A stretch of DNA of 64,000 nt from Clostridia bacterium (GTDB lineage: Bacteria > Bacillota > Clostridia > Oscillospirales > CAG-272). Shown here one piece after another: positions 9,960 to 21,176 of this stretch (positions are counted from its first letter, which is position 1; each line of letters begins with the position of its first letter). The translations under genes were made by a program, and so were the position numbers. Location: the NCBI GenBank assembly GCA_017622085.1, contig JAGARU010000030.1, positions 53,658-117,657 on the forward strand. Direction: 5' to 3'. The notes below the pieces were generated by a model. That model saw only the letters and a program-made list of their open reading frames with translations, ran no database searches and was not told the origin of the DNA.

Positions 9960-10616
9960 ATGCCTAATATTAAAGTTGTAAACATGGCAGGTAGCCAGGT
10001 AGGCGAAATCAGCTTGTCTGACGTAGTTTTCGGTGCTGAGATCAACGGCGCCGTCCTCCACATGGCAGTAAGAGCTTTCCTTGCAAACCAGAGACAGGGA
10101 ACTCAGTCCACTCTTACCAGAAGCGAAGTTTCCGGCGGCGGCAAGAAGCCCTGGAAGCAGAAGGGTACCGGTCGCGCAAGACAGGGCTCTACCCGTTCTC
10201 CTCAGTGGAGACACGGCGGTATCGCTCTTGGTCCCAAGCCCCGCACCTACCGCGTAAAGCTCAACAAGAAGGTTAAGCGCCTCGCAATCCAGAGCGCACT
10301 TTCTTCCAAGGTTGCAGCAAACGAGCTCATCGTTGTTGATCAGATCGTAGCAACCGAATACAAGACCAAGGTTATGGCTGATATGCTCAAGGCAATCGGC
10401 GCAAGCAAGAAGGTTCTTGTGGTTCTTCCCGCAGTTAACCAGTTCGAGGACGAGCAGAAGTACGCTGACTACGTAAAGGTAGTTCGCAGCCTTCTTAACA
10501 TCGATGGCGTAAAAGTTGCTCTCGTTAACACGATCAACGTATACGATATCCTTAACTGCGATTCCCTTGTTGTTGCACAGGCTGCAGCAGAGAACATCCA
10601 GGAGGTATACGCATAA
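9960..10616 (+). CDS. rplD: 50S ribosomal protein L4
   Basis: KPWKQKGTGRARQGS motif. Confidence 0.99.
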   Translation: MPNIKVVNMAGSQVGEISLSDVVFGAEINGAVLHMAVRAFLANQRQGTQSTLTRSEVSGGGKKPWKQKGTGRARQGSTRSPQWRHGGIALGPKPRTYRVKLNKKVKRLAIQSALSSKVAANELIVVDQIVATEYKTKVMADMLKAIGASKKVLVVLPAVNQFEDEQKYADYVKVVRSLLNIDGVKVALVNTINVYDILNCDSLVVAQAAAENIQEVYA

Positions 10617-10909
10617 TGAAACTTGCTCAGGACATCATCTTGGCACCCGTGATCACCGAAAAGGCGACCGACGGAATTGCTTTCAAGAAGTACACATTCA
10701 AAGTTGCTACCGACGCAAACAAGGCTGAGATCGCAGCAGCGGTTGAGGAGCTGTTCGGCGTAAAGGTTGCAGCAGTTAACACCATCAACATGAAGAAGAA
10801 GCCGAAGAGAGTTGGTTACCATGCAGGCTACACCGCAGCATGGAAGAAGGCAATCGTTACCCTGACTGCTGACTCCAAGACCATCGCATTCTTCGACGGC
10901 ATGAACTAA
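10616..10909 (+). CDS. rplW: 50S ribosomal protein L23
   Basis: PVITEKA...WKKAIVTL. Confidence 0.98.
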   Translation: MKLAQDIILAPVITEKATDGIAFKKYTFKVATDANKAEIAAAVEELFGVKVAAVNTINMKKKPKRVGYHAGYTAAWKKAIVTLTADSKTIAFFDGMN

Positions 10910-10930
10910 GACCGGAGGAGGAAATAGAAA

Positions 10931-11761
10931 ATGGCAGTAATTAAGTATAAACCTACTACCCCGGCGAGAAGAAACATGTCGGTTGCCTCCTTTGAGGAAA
11001 TCACTAAGTTCTCTCCCGAGAAATCTCTTCTGGCTGTAAAGAAGAAGAACGCCGGCCGTAACAGCTACGGTCGCATCACCGTTCGTCACCACGGCGGCGG
11101 AAACAAGGTTAAGTACAGACTGATCGACTTCAAGCGTACCAATGAGACGCCTGCAACTGTCGTAGGTATCGAGTACGACCCCAACAGAACCGCGTACATC
11201 GCGCTCGTTCAGCACGAGGATGGCCAGAAGGCTTACATCATAGCTCCCAACGGTCTTAAGGACGGCGACGTGATCTACTCCGGTGCAGATGCCGACATTA
11301 AGGTTGGTAACACTCTTCCCATTGCAAACATCCCCGTAGGTACCTTCATCCACAACATTGAGCTCTATGCCGGCAAGGGCGCACAGCTTGTTCGCTCCGC
11401 AGGTGCTCAGGCTCAGCTTATGGCGAAGGAAAACGGAATGGCTCAGGTACGTCTTCCCTCCGGCGAGGTTCGTCTTGTAGGTCTTAACTGCAAGGCTACC
11501 ATCGGTCAGATCGGCAACATCGAGCACGAGATCGTTCGTGTTGGTAAGGCTGGTAAGACCCGTCACATGGGCATCCGTCCTACCGTTCGCGGTTCCGTAA
11601 TGAACCCCTGCGACCACCCCCACGGTGGTGGTGAGGGCCGCTCTCCCATCGGTCGTCCCGGACCTGTTACTCCTTGGGGCAAGCCTGCTCTTGGTTATAA
11701 GACCAGAAACAAGAAGGCAAGAACCAATAAGTACATCGTTAAGCGTCGGAACGGCAAATAA
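10931..11761 (+). CDS. rplB: 50S ribosomal protein L2
   Basis: EYDPNR and [13 protein letters not shown] motifs. Confidence 0.99.
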   Translation: MAVIKYKPTTPARRNMSVASFEEITKFSPEKSLLAVKKKNAGRNSYGRITVRHHGGGNKVKYRLIDFKRTNETPATVVGIEYDPNRTAYIALVQHEDGQKAYIIAPNGLKDGDVIYSGADADIKVGNTLPIANIPVGTFIHNIELYAGKGAQLVRSAGAQAQLMAKENGMAQVRLPSGEVRLVGLNCKATIGQIGNIEHEIVRVGKAGKTRHMGIRPTVRGSVMNPCDHPHGGGEGRSPIGRPGPVTPWGKPALGYKTRNKKARTNKYIVKRRNGK

Positions 11762-11778
11762 GAAAGGAGTCATAGACA

Positions 11779-12060
11779 ATGAGCAGAAGCTTAAAGAAGC
11801 AGCCCTTTGTAGAGGAAAAGCTGCTTGCGCGTGTCTCCGCTATGAACGAAAGCGGAGAGAAGAAAGTGCTTAAGACTTGGTCTCGTGCATCCACGATCTA
11901 TCCTCAGTTCGTAGGTCACACCATCGCGGTTCACGACGGCAGAAAGCACGTTCCGGTATACGTTACCGAGGACATGGTAGGCCACAAGCTTGGCGAGTTC
12001 GTTCTTACCAGAACGTTCAAGGGCCATGCAGGCACCAAGACCTCTAACGACGGTAAATAA
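11779..12060 (+). CDS. rpsS: 30S ribosomal protein S19
   Basis: KTWSRAS...MVGHKLGEF. Confidence 0.99.
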   Translation: MSRSLKKQPFVEEKLLARVSAMNESGEKKVLKTWSRASTIYPQFVGHTIAVHDGRKHVPVYVTEDMVGHKLGEFVLTRTFKGHAGTKTSNDGK

Positions 12061-12083
12061 TTGAAGGAGGTTAACGCGCCAAG

Positions 12084-12419
12084 ATGGAAGCAAAAGCATA
12101 TCTTAAAAACATTCGCATCTCTCCCCGCAAGGTAAAGATCGTTCTTGACCTGATTCGCGGCAAGGATGTTGACGTAGCTCTCGGTATCCTCAAGAATACC
12201 CCCAAGAGCGCGTCCGAATATACTATCAAGCTGCTTAACAGCGCAGTAGCAAACGCAGAGAACAACCACGGTATGGATCCTGCAAAGCTCTACGTATCTC
12301 AGTGCATGGTAACTCCCGGTTCTCACATGCTCAAGAGACTTCTCCCCAGAGGTAAGGGCAGCGGAAACATCATTCTTAAGAGAACAAGCCACATCACCAT
12401 TGCGGTGAAAGAAAAGTAA
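12084..12419 (+). CDS. rplV: 50S ribosomal protein L22
   Basis: ISPRKV...SAVANAENN...KRTSHIT. Confidence 0.98.
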   Translation: MEAKAYLKNIRISPRKVKIVLDLIRGKDVDVALGILKNTPKSASEYTIKLLNSAVANAENNHGMDPAKLYVSQCMVTPGSHMLKRLLPRGKGSGNIILKRTSHITIAVKEK

Positions 12420-12434
12420 GGAGGTAAACCGAAT

Positions 12435-13208
12435 ATGGGTCAGAAAGTAAATCCCCACGGATTGCGCGTAGGCGTAATTAAGAACTGGGATTCAAGATGG
12501 TACGCAGGCGACGAAAAGTTCGGTGATCTTCTTGTATCCGACTACAACCTCAGAAAGCAGCTCAAGGCTCAGCTTCAGGACGCAGGCGTTCCGAAGATCG
12601 AGATCGAGAGAGAGGGAAATGGACGCGTTCGCGTGTTCATCCACTGCGCAAAGCCCGGTATGGTTATCGGTAAGGGCGGCTCCGAGATCGAAAAGCTCAG
12701 AGCTACCATCGAAGCTATCGTAAAGCAGCCTGTAGCTGTTAACGTAGTAGAGGTTAAGCCCATTGACATGAACGCACAGCTTGTTGCTGAGAACATTGCA
12801 AGCCAGCTTGAGAGAAGAATCTCTTACCGCCGCGCAATGAAGCAGGCAATCGGCAGAACCATGCGTCTCGGCGCAAAGGGTATCAAGATCGCAGTTAGCG
12901 GTCGTCTCGGCGGCGCAGAAATCGCACGCTCCGAGCACTATCACGAGGGAACCATTCCGCTGCAGACTCTCAGAGCTGACATCGACTACGGTTTCTTTGA
13001 AGCAAACACCACTTATGGTAAGATCGGCGTAAAGGTATGGATCTACACCGGTGAGGTTCTCCACGAGGTAAGCAAGACTGCTGCCGACAACAGAGAAGAC
13101 CGCCCCAGAAGAAGATTCAACAACAACGGCAGAAACGATCGCCGTGATGGCAATCGCGACCGTCGTGCTCCCCGCGCGCCCAGAAACAACGAAGGAGGCG
13201 CAAACTGA
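12435..13208 (+). CDS. rpsC: 30S ribosomal protein S3
   Basis: [13 protein letters not shown]...[10 protein letters not shown]. Confidence 0.99.
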   Translation: MGQKVNPHGLRVGVIKNWDSRWYAGDEKFGDLLVSDYNLRKQLKAQLQDAGVPKIEIEREGNGRVRVFIHCAKPGMVIGKGGSEIEKLRATIEAIVKQPVAVNVVEVKPIDMNAQLVAENIASQLERRISYRRAMKQAIGRTMRLGAKGIKIAVSGRLGGAEIARSEHYHEGTIPLQTLRADIDYGFFEANTTYGKIGVKVWIYTGEVLHEVSKTAADNREDRPRRRFNNNGRNDRRDGNRDRRAPRAPRNNEGGAN

Positions 13209-13209
13209 C

Positions 13210-13641
13210 ATGTTAATGCCTAAGAGAGTAAAATTCAGACGTGTCCAGAGAGGACGCCTCAAGGGTAAAGCGATGAGAGGTAACAAGGTTTCTAACGGTC
13301 TTTACGGCCTTGTAGCAACCGAGCCCGCCTGGATCACCGCAAACCAGATTGAAGCAGCCCGTATCGCAATGACTCGTTACATCCGCCGTGGCGGTCAGGT
13401 ATGGATCAAGATCTTCCCTGACAAGCCCATCACCGAAAAGCCTGCTGAAACCCGAATGGGTTCCGGTAAGGGTTCTCCCGAGTACTGGGTAGCCGTAGTT
13501 AAGCCCGGCAGAGTTCTGTTCGAGATGGACGGTGTTTCGGAAGAAGTCGCAAGAGAAGCTATGCGTCTTGCATCACACAAGCTCCCTATCAAGTGCAAGT
13601 TTGTTACTCGGGAGCAGCTTGAAACAGAAGTGGAGGACTAA
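13210..13641 (+). CDS. rplP: 50S ribosomal protein L16
   Basis: [11 protein letters not shown]...RMGSGKG; start reassigned to ATG 13210. Confidence 0.99.
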   Translation: MLMPKRVKFRRVQRGRLKGKAMRGNKVSNGLYGLVATEPAWITANQIEAARIAMTRYIRRGGQVWIKIFPDKPITEKPAETRMGSGKGSPEYWVAVVKPGRVLFEMDGVSEEVAREAMRLASHKLPIKCKFVTREQLETEVED

Positions 13642-13644
13642 GCT

Positions 13645-13833
13645 GTGAAAATTACTGAACTCAGAAACATGACATCTGACGAGTTGAACAGCAAGCTCAA
13701 GGAACTGAAGGCAGAGTTGTTCAACCTCCGTTTTCAGCATGCAATCAATCAGCTCGACAACCCCCACAAGATCGCTGATGTCAAGAAGGATATCGCAAGA
13801 GTAATGACCCTTCTCAACGAGAAGAACGCATAA
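13645..13833 (+). CDS. rpmC: 50S ribosomal protein L29
   Basis: ELFNLRFQ...KKDIAR; GTG start. Confidence 0.98.
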   Translation: MKITELRNMTSDELNSKLKELKAELFNLRFQHAINQLDNPHKIADVKKDIARVMTLLNEKNA

Positions 13834-13848
13834 GTGGAGGAATAAGGC

Positions 13849-14109
13849 ATGGAAACAAAACGCAACCTCAGAAAGACGAGAGTTGGTAAAGTTGTAAGCG
13901 ATACGATGGACAAGACCATTGTTGTTGCCATCGCGGATAACGTAAAGCATCCCGTATACAACAAGATCGTAAAGCGCACTACCAAGATCCACGTTCATGA
14001 TGAAAAGAACGAGTGCCGCGTAGGTGACAAGGTAGAGGTTATGGAAACCAGACCCCTCTCCAAGACCAAGAGATGGCGCCTCGTCGAGATCATCGAAAAG
14101 GCAAAATAA
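13849..14109 (+). CDS. rpsQ: 30S ribosomal protein S17
   Basis: [11 protein letters not shown]...[11 protein letters not shown]. Confidence 0.99.
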   Translation: METKRNLRKTRVGKVVSDTMDKTIVVAIADNVKHPVYNKIVKRTTKIHVHDEKNECRVGDKVEVMETRPLSKTKRWRLVEIIEKAK

Positions 14110-14171
14110 GATCCTTGACTGTACACATCAAAGAATGTGCGGTCGATATAACATAAGGAGGATACGCTAAA

Positions 14172-14540
14172 GTGATTCAGCAACAGAGTTATATGAAAGT
14201 TGCCGACAACACCGGCGCCAAGGAGATCATGTGCATCCGCGTACTCGGCGGTACCGGCAGACGCTATGCCAACATTGGCGACGTGGTAGTTGCAGCCGTT
14301 AAGAAAGCAACTCCCGGCGGCGTTGTAAAGAAGGGCGACGTTGTTAAGGCTGTTATTGTTAGAAGCGTTAAGGGCCTCAGAAGAGCTGACGGTTCCTATA
14401 TCCGTTTTGACGAAAACGCAGCAGTTATTATTAAGGAAGATAAGACCCCTCGTGGAACCCGTATCTTTGGCCCTGTGGCCAGAGAGCTTCGTGAGAAGGA
14501 CTACACCAAGATCCTTTCTCTGGCTCCCGAAGTACTTTAA
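14172..14540 (+). CDS. rplN: 50S ribosomal protein L14
   Basis: VADNTGAK...[12 protein letters not shown]; GTG start. Confidence 0.99.
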   Translation: MIQQQSYMKVADNTGAKEIMCIRVLGGTGRRYANIGDVVVAAVKKATPGGVVKKGDVVKAVIVRSVKGLRRADGSYIRFDENAAVIIKEDKTPRGTRIFGPVARELREKDYTKILSLAPEVL

Positions 14541-14556
14541 TCGGAGGTAGACGACA

Positions 14557-14889
14557 ATGGAAAAGAAGGTTCATGTTAAGCGTGACGACACCGTTATCGT
14601 AATCTCCGGTAACGACAAGGGCAAGGTTGGCAAGGTTCTCGAGGTTTCTCCCTCTGAGGGAAAGATCATCGTTGAGGGTGTCAACATTGTAACCAAGCAC
14701 ACCAAGCCCAGAAGACAGGGCGAGACCGGCGGCATCGTAAAGGTTCCCGGTGCGTTCTACGCTTCCAAGGTACAGATCGTGTGCAACAACTCCAAGTGCC
14801 AGAACAACGGCAAGGGCACGAGAATCGCCCACAAGATCGTGGACGGTAAGAAAATTCGCGTATGCGCTAAGTGCGGCGCAGAGCTTTGA
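14557..14889 (+). CDS. rplX: 50S ribosomal protein L24
   Basis: KOW motif DTVIVISGNDKGKVG; VEGVN. Confidence 0.98.
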   Translation: MEKKVHVKRDDTVIVISGNDKGKVGKVLEVSPSEGKIIVEGVNIVTKHTKPRRQGETGGIVKVPGAFYASKVQIVCNNSKCQNNGKGTRIAHKIVDGKKIRVCAKCGAEL

Positions 14890-14903
14890 TGCGGAGGTAA
14901 AAA

Positions 14904-15443
14904 ATGGCTAGACTGAAAGACCTTTATACAAATGAAGTTGCTCCCGCATTGATGAAGAAGTACGAGTACAAGTCTGTAATGCAGATTCCTAAGTTTGATA
15001 AGATCGTTATCAACGTAGGCGCAGGCGATGCTAAGGATAACTCCAAGGTAATCGACAAGATCGTCGAGGAAATCTCCATGATCGCAGGCCAGAAGGCAGT
15101 TCCCACCTATGCGAAGAAGTCCGTTGCAAACTTCAAGCTCCGTCAGGGCATGAAGATCGGCGTAAAGGTAACCCTTCGCGGCGAGAGAATGTACGAGTTC
15201 ATGGACAGACTCTTCAACTTCGCACTTCCCCGCGTACGTGACTTCAAGGGTATCAACCCCAATGGCTTCGACGGCAGAGGTAACTACGCTCTCGGTCTTC
15301 GCGAGCAGCTTATCTTCCCCGAGATCGAATACGATAAGGTAGACAAGATCCGCGGTATGGATATCGCGTTTGTTACTACCGCTACGACCGATGAAGAAGC
15401 AAAAGAGCTCCTCACCTTGATGGGCGCTCCGTTTGCTAAATAA
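14904..15443 (+). CDS. rplE: 50S ribosomal protein L5
   Basis: LPRVRDFKG...FDGRGNY. Confidence 0.99.
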   Translation: MARLKDLYTNEVAPALMKKYEYKSVMQIPKFDKIVINVGAGDAKDNSKVIDKIVEEISMIAGQKAVPTYAKKSVANFKLRQGMKIGVKVTLRGERMYEFMDRLFNFALPRVRDFKGINPNGFDGRGNYALGLREQLIFPEIEYDKVDKIRGMDIAFVTTATTDEEAKELLTLMGAPFAK

Positions 15444-15457
15444 GGGGGATAACAAAG

Positions 15458-15643
15458 ATGGCAAAGAAATCCATGGTGCTTAAGCAGCAGGCAAAGCAGA
15501 AGTACTCCACCAGAGAGTACAACCGCTGCAAAATTTGCGGACGCCCTCACGGCTACCTTCGTAAGTACGGAATCTGCCGTATCTGCTTCCGCGAGCTGGC
15601 TTACAAGGGACAGATTCCCGGCGTAAAGAAAGCAAGCTGGTAA
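15458..15643 (+). CDS. rpsN: 30S ribosomal protein S14 type Z (Zn-binding)
   Basis: 61 aa; RCKICGR...CRICFRE. Confidence 0.99.
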   Translation: MAKKSMVLKQQAKQKYSTREYNRCKICGRPHGYLRKYGICRICFRELAYKGQIPGVKKASW

Positions 15644-15834
15644 ATCGAATACGCATCGGATGAAGCGATGCGTATCCGTTTCCGGATATAAAATCCCGAA
15701 CGGGGGATCCCGTTCAACTCCAATCGAATCGGAAGGAAAACAGAAAAGATCATCTGTTTTAACCACCGGTAAGCGGCCGTCCGATATGGCACGGCAGCAA
15801 GCTATGATTACTTGCATAAAAGGAGGATATTGAA

Positions 15835-16233
15835 ATGCAAATATCAGATGTAATCGCAGACATGCTCACCAGAATCAGAAACGCCAACAACGCAAAGCAC
15901 GAGACCGTAGACATCCCCGCTTCCAACATGAAGAAGTCCATCGCTGACATTCTTCTGGCAGAAGGCTACATCAAGGGTGTACAGGTTATCGAAGATGGCA
16001 AGCAGGGCGTAATCCGAGTTACCCTTAAGTACGAGCAGGGTAAGCAGAAGGTTATTCACGGCCTTCGCAGAGTTTCCAAGCCCGGCCTTCGCATTTACTC
16101 CAACTGTGAGGATATGCCCAAGGTTATGAACGGCCTCGGAATTGCAATCGTATCGACTTCTAAGGGCATTATGACCGACAAAGCAGCAAGACGTGCAAAC
16201 GTTGGCGGCGAAATTCTCGCCTTTGTTTGGTAA
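15835..16233 (+). CDS. rpsH: 30S ribosomal protein S8
   Basis: DMLTRIRNA...SKPGLRIY...STSKG. Confidence 0.99.
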   Translation: MQISDVIADMLTRIRNANNAKHETVDIPASNMKKSIADILLAEGYIKGVQVIEDGKQGVIRVTLKYEQGKQKVIHGLRRVSKPGLRIYSNCEDMPKVMNGLGIAIVSTSKGIMTDKAARRANVGGEILAFVW

Positions 16234-16253
16234 GAAAACGGGAGGAGAACAAT

Positions 16254-16799
16254 ATGTCTAGAATTGGTAGAGAACCTATTAATGTTCCCGCTGGCGTAGA
16301 AGTAACGATTGATGCGAATGCAAACGTTATCACCGTAAAGGGCCCCAAGGGAACCTTGAATCACACATATCCTGCATCCCTCACTGTTAGCAAAGAGGGC
16401 AACGTAGTTAAGGTTGAGCGTCACAGCGATGAAAAAGAATATCGCGCGCTTCACGGTCTTACGAGAAGCCTTATCAACAACATGGTCGTAGGTGTAACCT
16501 CTGGATTCTCCAAGACACTTGAGATCAATGGCGTTGGTTACAGAGTAGCACTTCAGGGCAAGAGCCTGAACCTCACTCTCGGTTACTCTCACCCCGTTAT
16601 CGTTGATCCGATCGACGGTATCACCTTTGAGGTACCCAACACCAACACCGTAGTTGTAAGCGGCGCTGACAAGCAGAAGGTTGGCGAGGTAGCAGCCCAG
16701 ATTCGTGGCAAGAGACCTCCGGAACCCTACCTTGGTAAGGGTATTAAGTACGCCGGTGAAAAGATTCGCCGTAAGTCCGGTAAAGCCGGCAAGTCCTAA
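16254..16799 (+). CDS. rplF: 50S ribosomal protein L6
   Basis: MSRIGR...PEPYLGKGIKY; start at ATG 16254 after GGAGG. Confidence 0.99.
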   Translation: MSRIGREPINVPAGVEVTIDANANVITVKGPKGTLNHTYPASLTVSKEGNVVKVERHSDEKEYRALHGLTRSLINNMVVGVTSGFSKTLEINGVGYRVALQGKSLNLTLGYSHPVIVDPIDGITFEVPNTNTVVVSGADKQKVGEVAAQIRGKRPPEPYLGKGIKYAGEKIRRKSGKAGKS

Positions 16800-16820
16800 T
16801 CGTGAAAGGAGACAGAAGAC

Positions 16821-17180
16821 ATGGTTAGCAAGAAGGATAGCAATAAGCAGCGTCTTAAGAGACATGCGAGAGTTAGAGCAAAGATCTCTGGCACCGCAGC
16901 ATGCCCCCGTCTCGCTGTATATCGTTCCAACAAGAATATTTCTGCGCAGATCATTGATGACGTTGCAGGCGTAACACTTGTCTCCGCTTCCACCCTCGAG
17001 GCTGGATTTGAAGGCATTGGCAGCAACAAGGAAGCTGCGAAGAAGGTTGGCATCGCAATTGCCGAGAAGGCACTTGCAAAGGGTATCGACACCGTCGTAT
17101 TCGACCGTGGCGGTTACCTATATCACGGACGTGTATCAGAGTTGGCAGCAGGCGCAAGAGAAGGCGGCCTTAAGTTCTAA
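16821..17180 (+). CDS. rplR: 50S ribosomal protein L18
   Basis: [10 protein letters not shown]...[13 protein letters not shown]. Confidence 0.99.
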   Translation: MVSKKDSNKQRLKRHARVRAKISGTAACPRLAVYRSNKNISAQIIDDVAGVTLVSASTLEAGFEGIGSNKEAAKKVGIAIAEKALAKGIDTVVFDRGGYLYHGRVSELAAGAREGGLKF

Positions 17181-17251
17181 GCCGTAACGCGCAGCCAACG
17201 CTGGTTTGTACACTGTTTAATTTACATTTAAACATTTCAGAGGTAAAAATA

Positions 17252-17755
17252 ATGGCAAAAAGAATTGACGCAGCAACTCTCGACCTCAAAGAGAAGCTTG
17301 TTGCACTGAACCGTGTATCTAAGACTGTAAAGGGTGGTCGTGTAGCAAAGTTCACCGCACTCATGGTAGTAGGCGATGAGAATGGCCACGTAGGCTACGG
17401 TCTTGGTAAGGCAGCCGAAGTTCCGGAAGCAATCCGCAAGGGAATTGAGGATGCAAAGAAGAATATGGTAGAGGTTTCCCTCAAGGATACTACCATCCCC
17501 CACGAAGTTCTCGGTAAGTTCGGCGCAGGCTCTGTACTTCTTAAGCCCGCCGCACCCGGTACCGGTATCATCGCAGGCAAGACCGTACGTGCCGTACTTG
17601 AGCTTGCCGGCGTTAAGAACATCCGTGCAAAGAGCCTTCGCTCCAACAACCCCACGAACGTAATTAAGGCAACCTTCGAGGGCCTTAAGGCACTTCGTAC
17701 CGTTGATCAGGTAGCAAAGACTCGCGGAATTGAAGTCGAGAAGGTTCTCGGTTAA
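17252..17755 (+). CDS. rpsE: 30S ribosomal protein S5
   Basis: [10 protein letters not shown]...[11 protein letters not shown]. Confidence 0.99.
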   Translation: MAKRIDAATLDLKEKLVALNRVSKTVKGGRVAKFTALMVVGDENGHVGYGLGKAAEVPEAIRKGIEDAKKNMVEVSLKDTTIPHEVLGKFGAGSVLLKPAAPGTGIIAGKTVRAVLELAGVKNIRAKSLRSNNPTNVIKATFEGLKALRTVDQVAKTRGIEVEKVLG

Positions 17756-17769
17756 GGAGGAGATAAGAA

Positions 17770-17949
17770 ATGGAAAACGTAAAAGTCGTTCTTACTAAAA
17801 GTCTTATCGGTGCCAAGCCGAACCAGAAGGCAACTGCAAAATCCCTCGGTCTGAACAAGATCGGTGACTTCGTCGTACATGCAGACGATCAGGTTTTGGC
17901 AGGAAAAGTAAAGGTGCTCAAACACCTTGTAAGCGTAGAAAAGGCCTAA
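17770..17949 (+). CDS. rpmD: 50S ribosomal protein L30 (below ORF-track cutoff)
   Basis: Manual translation MENVKVVLTKSLIGAKPNQKATAKSLGLNKIGDFVVHADDQVLAGKVKVLKHLVSVEKA; AAGGAGG RBS; canonical position. Confidence 0.95.
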   Translation: MENVKVVLTKSLIGAKPNQKATAKSLGLNKIGDFVVHADDQVLAGKVKVLKHLVSVEKA

Positions 17950-17998
17950 GCCTTACGCGCGTTTTATCCTAAATAAAATATAACAAGGAGGCAATCAA

Positions 17999-18442
17999 AT
18001 GAAGCTCCATGAACTTTCCCCTGCTGAAGGCTCTACTAAAGAAGCATGGCGTAAAGGCAGAGGCCCCGGATCCGGTAACGGTAAGACCGCCGGTAAGGGA
18101 CACAAGGGACAGAACGCTCGCTCCGGCGGCGGTGTAAGACCCGGTTTTGAAGGTGGTCAGCTCCCCCTTTACAGAAAGCTCCCCAAGAGAGGATTCTATA
18201 ACAGATTTGCAACGGAGTACGCAATCGTAAACATTGCAGATCTTGAAGCAAGATTTAATGACGGCGAAACGGTTAATCTCGAGGCTCTTCTTGAGCGCAA
18301 GATCATCCGCAAGCCCTACGACGGTCTCAAAGTACTCGGCAATGGCCAGCTCACCAAGAAGCTGAATGTTGAGGCAGCGATCTTCTCTGCATCTGCAAAG
18401 GAAAAGATCGAAGCTGCCGGCGGAAAAGCCGAGGTGAAGTAA
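17999..18442 (+). CDS. rplO: 50S ribosomal protein L15
   Basis: [19 protein letters not shown]...FEGGQLPL. Confidence 0.99.
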   Translation: MKLHELSPAEGSTKEAWRKGRGPGSGNGKTAGKGHKGQNARSGGGVRPGFEGGQLPLYRKLPKRGFYNRFATEYAIVNIADLEARFNDGETVNLEALLERKIIRKPYDGLKVLGNGQLTKKLNVEAAIFSASAKEKIEAAGGKAEVK

Positions 18443-18443
18443 G

Positions 18444-19739
18444 ATGCTTCGTACGTTAGCAAACGCATGGAAAGATAAAGATCTCCGCGGCAAGTTGCTG
18501 TTCACGATCATGATCCTTGTGGTTTACAGAATCGGCGCGTGCATTACCGTTCCCTTCGTAACCGCAGACTTCATTAACCTGTACATGTCCAACTCCGGTG
18601 GAATCTTTGATTTCATCAACATTTTGTCCGGTGGCGCATTCGCGCAGGCAACATTGTTTGCGCTTGGCGTAAGTCCGTACATCACAGCATCCATCGTTAT
18701 TCAGCTTTTGGCTGTAGCGATCCCTGCACTCGAGCGTCTTTCTAAGGAAGGCGACGAGGGCAGAAAGAAAATGGAACAGATCACGAGAGTTGCAACCGTA
18801 ATTCTGTCGCTCATCACCAGTATCGGTTACTACTTCCACCTGAAGAACATGGGCGTTCTTACCCACGCGGGCAAGGGCGACGAGTGGTTCTATGCGATCG
18901 TAATCATCGCATGCTACTGCGCAGGTTCTTCTCTGGTAATGTGGCTTGCAGAAAAGATCAATGAGAACGGTATCGGCAACGGTATCTCCATGATCCTTCT
19001 TGCAAACATCCTCTCTCGCGGCGCTTCCATTGCAACTACTCTGTTCGATATGTTCGCTTCCGGTAAGGTTAAGGACATCATCATTGCGGCTGTAACCATT
19101 CTTGGTGCTCTTGCAATGCTCTACTTCATCGTCTTTATCTCTCACAGTGAGCGTCGTATTCCCGTACAGTATGCAAAGAAGGTCGTTGGTCGTAAGATGT
19201 ATGGCGGTCAGAACTCCAACATCCCGATCAAGCTTAACATGACCGGCGTTATGCCCATCATCTTTGCAAACACCATCGTAACCATCCCCACCACCCTCGC
19301 AATGTTCATCACCCCCAAGAAGGACTCCTTCTGGGAAGGATTTGTAAACTTCTTCTCCAGCGATTCCTGGTTCTACGCAGTGATGACATTCGTTCTGGTA
19401 ATCGTATTCGCTTACTTCTACGTTGCCATCTCCTTCAATCCGATTGAAGTAGCAAGCAACCTTCAGAAGAACGGCGGATCCGTTCCCGGTATTCGTCCCG
19501 GCAGACCTACATCCGATTATATCACTAAGGTACTTTCCCGCATCACCTTGATTGGTGCACTTGCACTCAGTATTATCTGCGTGCTTCCTCTCTTCGCTAA
19601 CATCATCTCCGGCGCTAACATGGCCGGTCTTGCATTCGGCGGTAGCTCCGTAATCATCGTTGTCGGCGTAATCCTTGAACTCGTAAACGAGATCGAAGCT
19701 CAGATGACCATGCGTCATTACAAAGGCTTCCTTGATTAA
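18444..19739 (+). CDS. secY: Preprotein translocase subunit SecY
   Basis: LFALGVSPYITASIV, GIGNGIS and PGIRPG motifs; multiple TM segments. Confidence 0.99.
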   Translation: MLRTLANAWKDKDLRGKLLFTIMILVVYRIGACITVPFVTADFINLYMSNSGGIFDFINILSGGAFAQATLFALGVSPYITASIVIQLLAVAIPALERLSKEGDEGRKKMEQITRVATVILSLITSIGYYFHLKNMGVLTHAGKGDEWFYAIVIIACYCAGSSLVMWLAEKINENGIGNGISMILLANILSRGASIATTLFDMFASGKVKDIIIAAVTILGALAMLYFIVFISHSERRIPVQYAKKVVGRKMYGGQNSNIPIKLNMTGVMPIIFANTIVTIPTTLAMFITPKKDSFWEGFVNFFSSDSWFYAVMTFVLVIVFAYFYVAISFNPIEVASNLQKNGGSVPGIRPGRPTSDYITKVLSRITLIGALALSIICVLPLFANIISGANMAGLAFGGSSVIIVVGVILELVNEIEAQMTMRHYKGFLD

Positions 19740-19752
19740 TTGGTGAGGTATT

Positions 19753-20409
19753 ATGAGTAAAAATCTTAAACTGATTTTCCTCGGCGCCCCCGGTGCCGGT
19801 AAAGGCACACAGGCGGACGTGATCTCCGAGAAGTACGGTATTCCTACCATCTCCACCGGAGCCATGATCCGCGAGGCAATCAAGAATCAGACCGAAATGG
19901 GTCTCGCTGCAAAGGCTTACAGCGACCGCGGCGATCTGGTTCCCGACGAAGTTGTGATCAATATCATCAAGGAGCGTCTCGCTCAGGATGATTGCAAGAA
20001 TGGCTTCATTCTTGACGGCTTCCCCAGAACCGTTCCTCAGGCAGAGGCCCTCGATAAGATGGGCGTAGAGATCTCTCTCGTTCTTAGCCTTGAGGTTGAG
20101 GATTCTAAGATTGTTGAGCGCATGAGCGGCAGACGTGTCTGCCCCAAATGCAGCGCATCCTATCACACGGCATATCTTCCTTCGGCCGATGGCGTTCACT
20201 GCGATAAGTGCGGTGAAGAACTGATCATCCGCCGTGACGATGCTCCCGAGGTTGTGGTAAGCCGCTTGTTCGTTTACCACGAGCAGACTGAGCCTCTCAA
20301 GGAATTTTATGGTAAGAAGGGCATTCTTAAGCTGGTTATGGGCCAGGAGGAGGTAGCAGATACTACCGCTCTGACCATTGCTGCGATCGAGGAATCCCTT
20401 GCAGAGTAA
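19753..20409 (+). CDS. adk: Adenylate kinase (Zn-lid type)
   Basis: GAPGAGKGTQ, LDGFPRT, CPKC...CDKC lid. Confidence 0.99.
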   Translation: MSKNLKLIFLGAPGAGKGTQADVISEKYGIPTISTGAMIREAIKNQTEMGLAAKAYSDRGDLVPDEVVINIIKERLAQDDCKNGFILDGFPRTVPQAEALDKMGVEISLVLSLEVEDSKIVERMSGRRVCPKCSASYHTAYLPSADGVHCDKCGEELIIRRDDAPEVVVSRLFVYHEQTEPLKEFYGKKGILKLVMGQEEVADTTALTIAAIEESLAE

Positions 20410-20412
20410 ACT

Positions 20413-21165
20413 ATGATTCAAGTCAAAAATCCGGATCAGATCAAAGCCATGCGTGTGGCCGGCCGCATTACCGGTGAGGCCATCCTCGTGGCGCAGGAAA
20501 TGATCCGAGAAGGTGTAACAACCAAACAGATTGATGACAGGATTCGGCAGTATATCGAGAAATGCGGTGCTAAGCCGTCATTTCTCGGATACGCCGGCTT
20601 CCCCGGAAGCGCATGTATCAGCATCAACGACGAGGTTATCCACGGTATTCCTTCTGCAAAGCGTTATTTGCACGAGGGTGACATCGTAAAGATCGACGTC
20701 GGAGCGTACATCGGCGGCTTCCACGGTGACAGCGCAAACACGTTCGGTGTCGGCAAGATTTCGGACGATGCGCAACGATTGATCGACGTCACACGTCAAA
20801 GCTTCGAAATGGCTATTCGGGCCCTTGAGGTGCCGAATGCAAGAATCGGCGACATAGGGAACGCAATTCAGACCCACGTTGAGAAAAACGGATATTCCGT
20901 GGTTCGTCAATACATCGGTCACGGTGTGGGACACGAGCTCCACGAGCAGCCGGACGTGCCGAACTTCGGTATTGCCGGAAGAGGCCTGCGCCTGACAAAG
21001 GGTATGACAATTGCAATTGAGCCTATGGTAAACGCCGGTGCTTATCAGGTCAGACAGTGTGCGGACGGTTGGACGGTGGTCACGGCAGACGGAAGTCTGT
21101 CCGCCCACTACGAGCACTCCGTTGCTCTCACTGAGGAAGGACCCATCCTGCTCACCAAGGTTTAA
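20413..21165 (+). CDS. map: Methionine aminopeptidase type I
   Basis: CISINDEVIHGIP, GHGVG..LHE, IEPM, SAHYEH. Confidence 0.98.
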   Translation: MIQVKNPDQIKAMRVAGRITGEAILVAQEMIREGVTTKQIDDRIRQYIEKCGAKPSFLGYAGFPGSACISINDEVIHGIPSAKRYLHEGDIVKIDVGAYIGGFHGDSANTFGVGKISDDAQRLIDVTRQSFEMAIRALEVPNARIGDIGNAIQTHVEKNGYSVVRQYIGHGVGHELHEQPDVPNFGIAGRGLRLTKGMTIAIEPMVNAGAYQVRQCADGWTVVTADGSLSAHYEHSVALTEEGPILLTKV

Positions 21166-21176
21166 GAGGTATCGGA

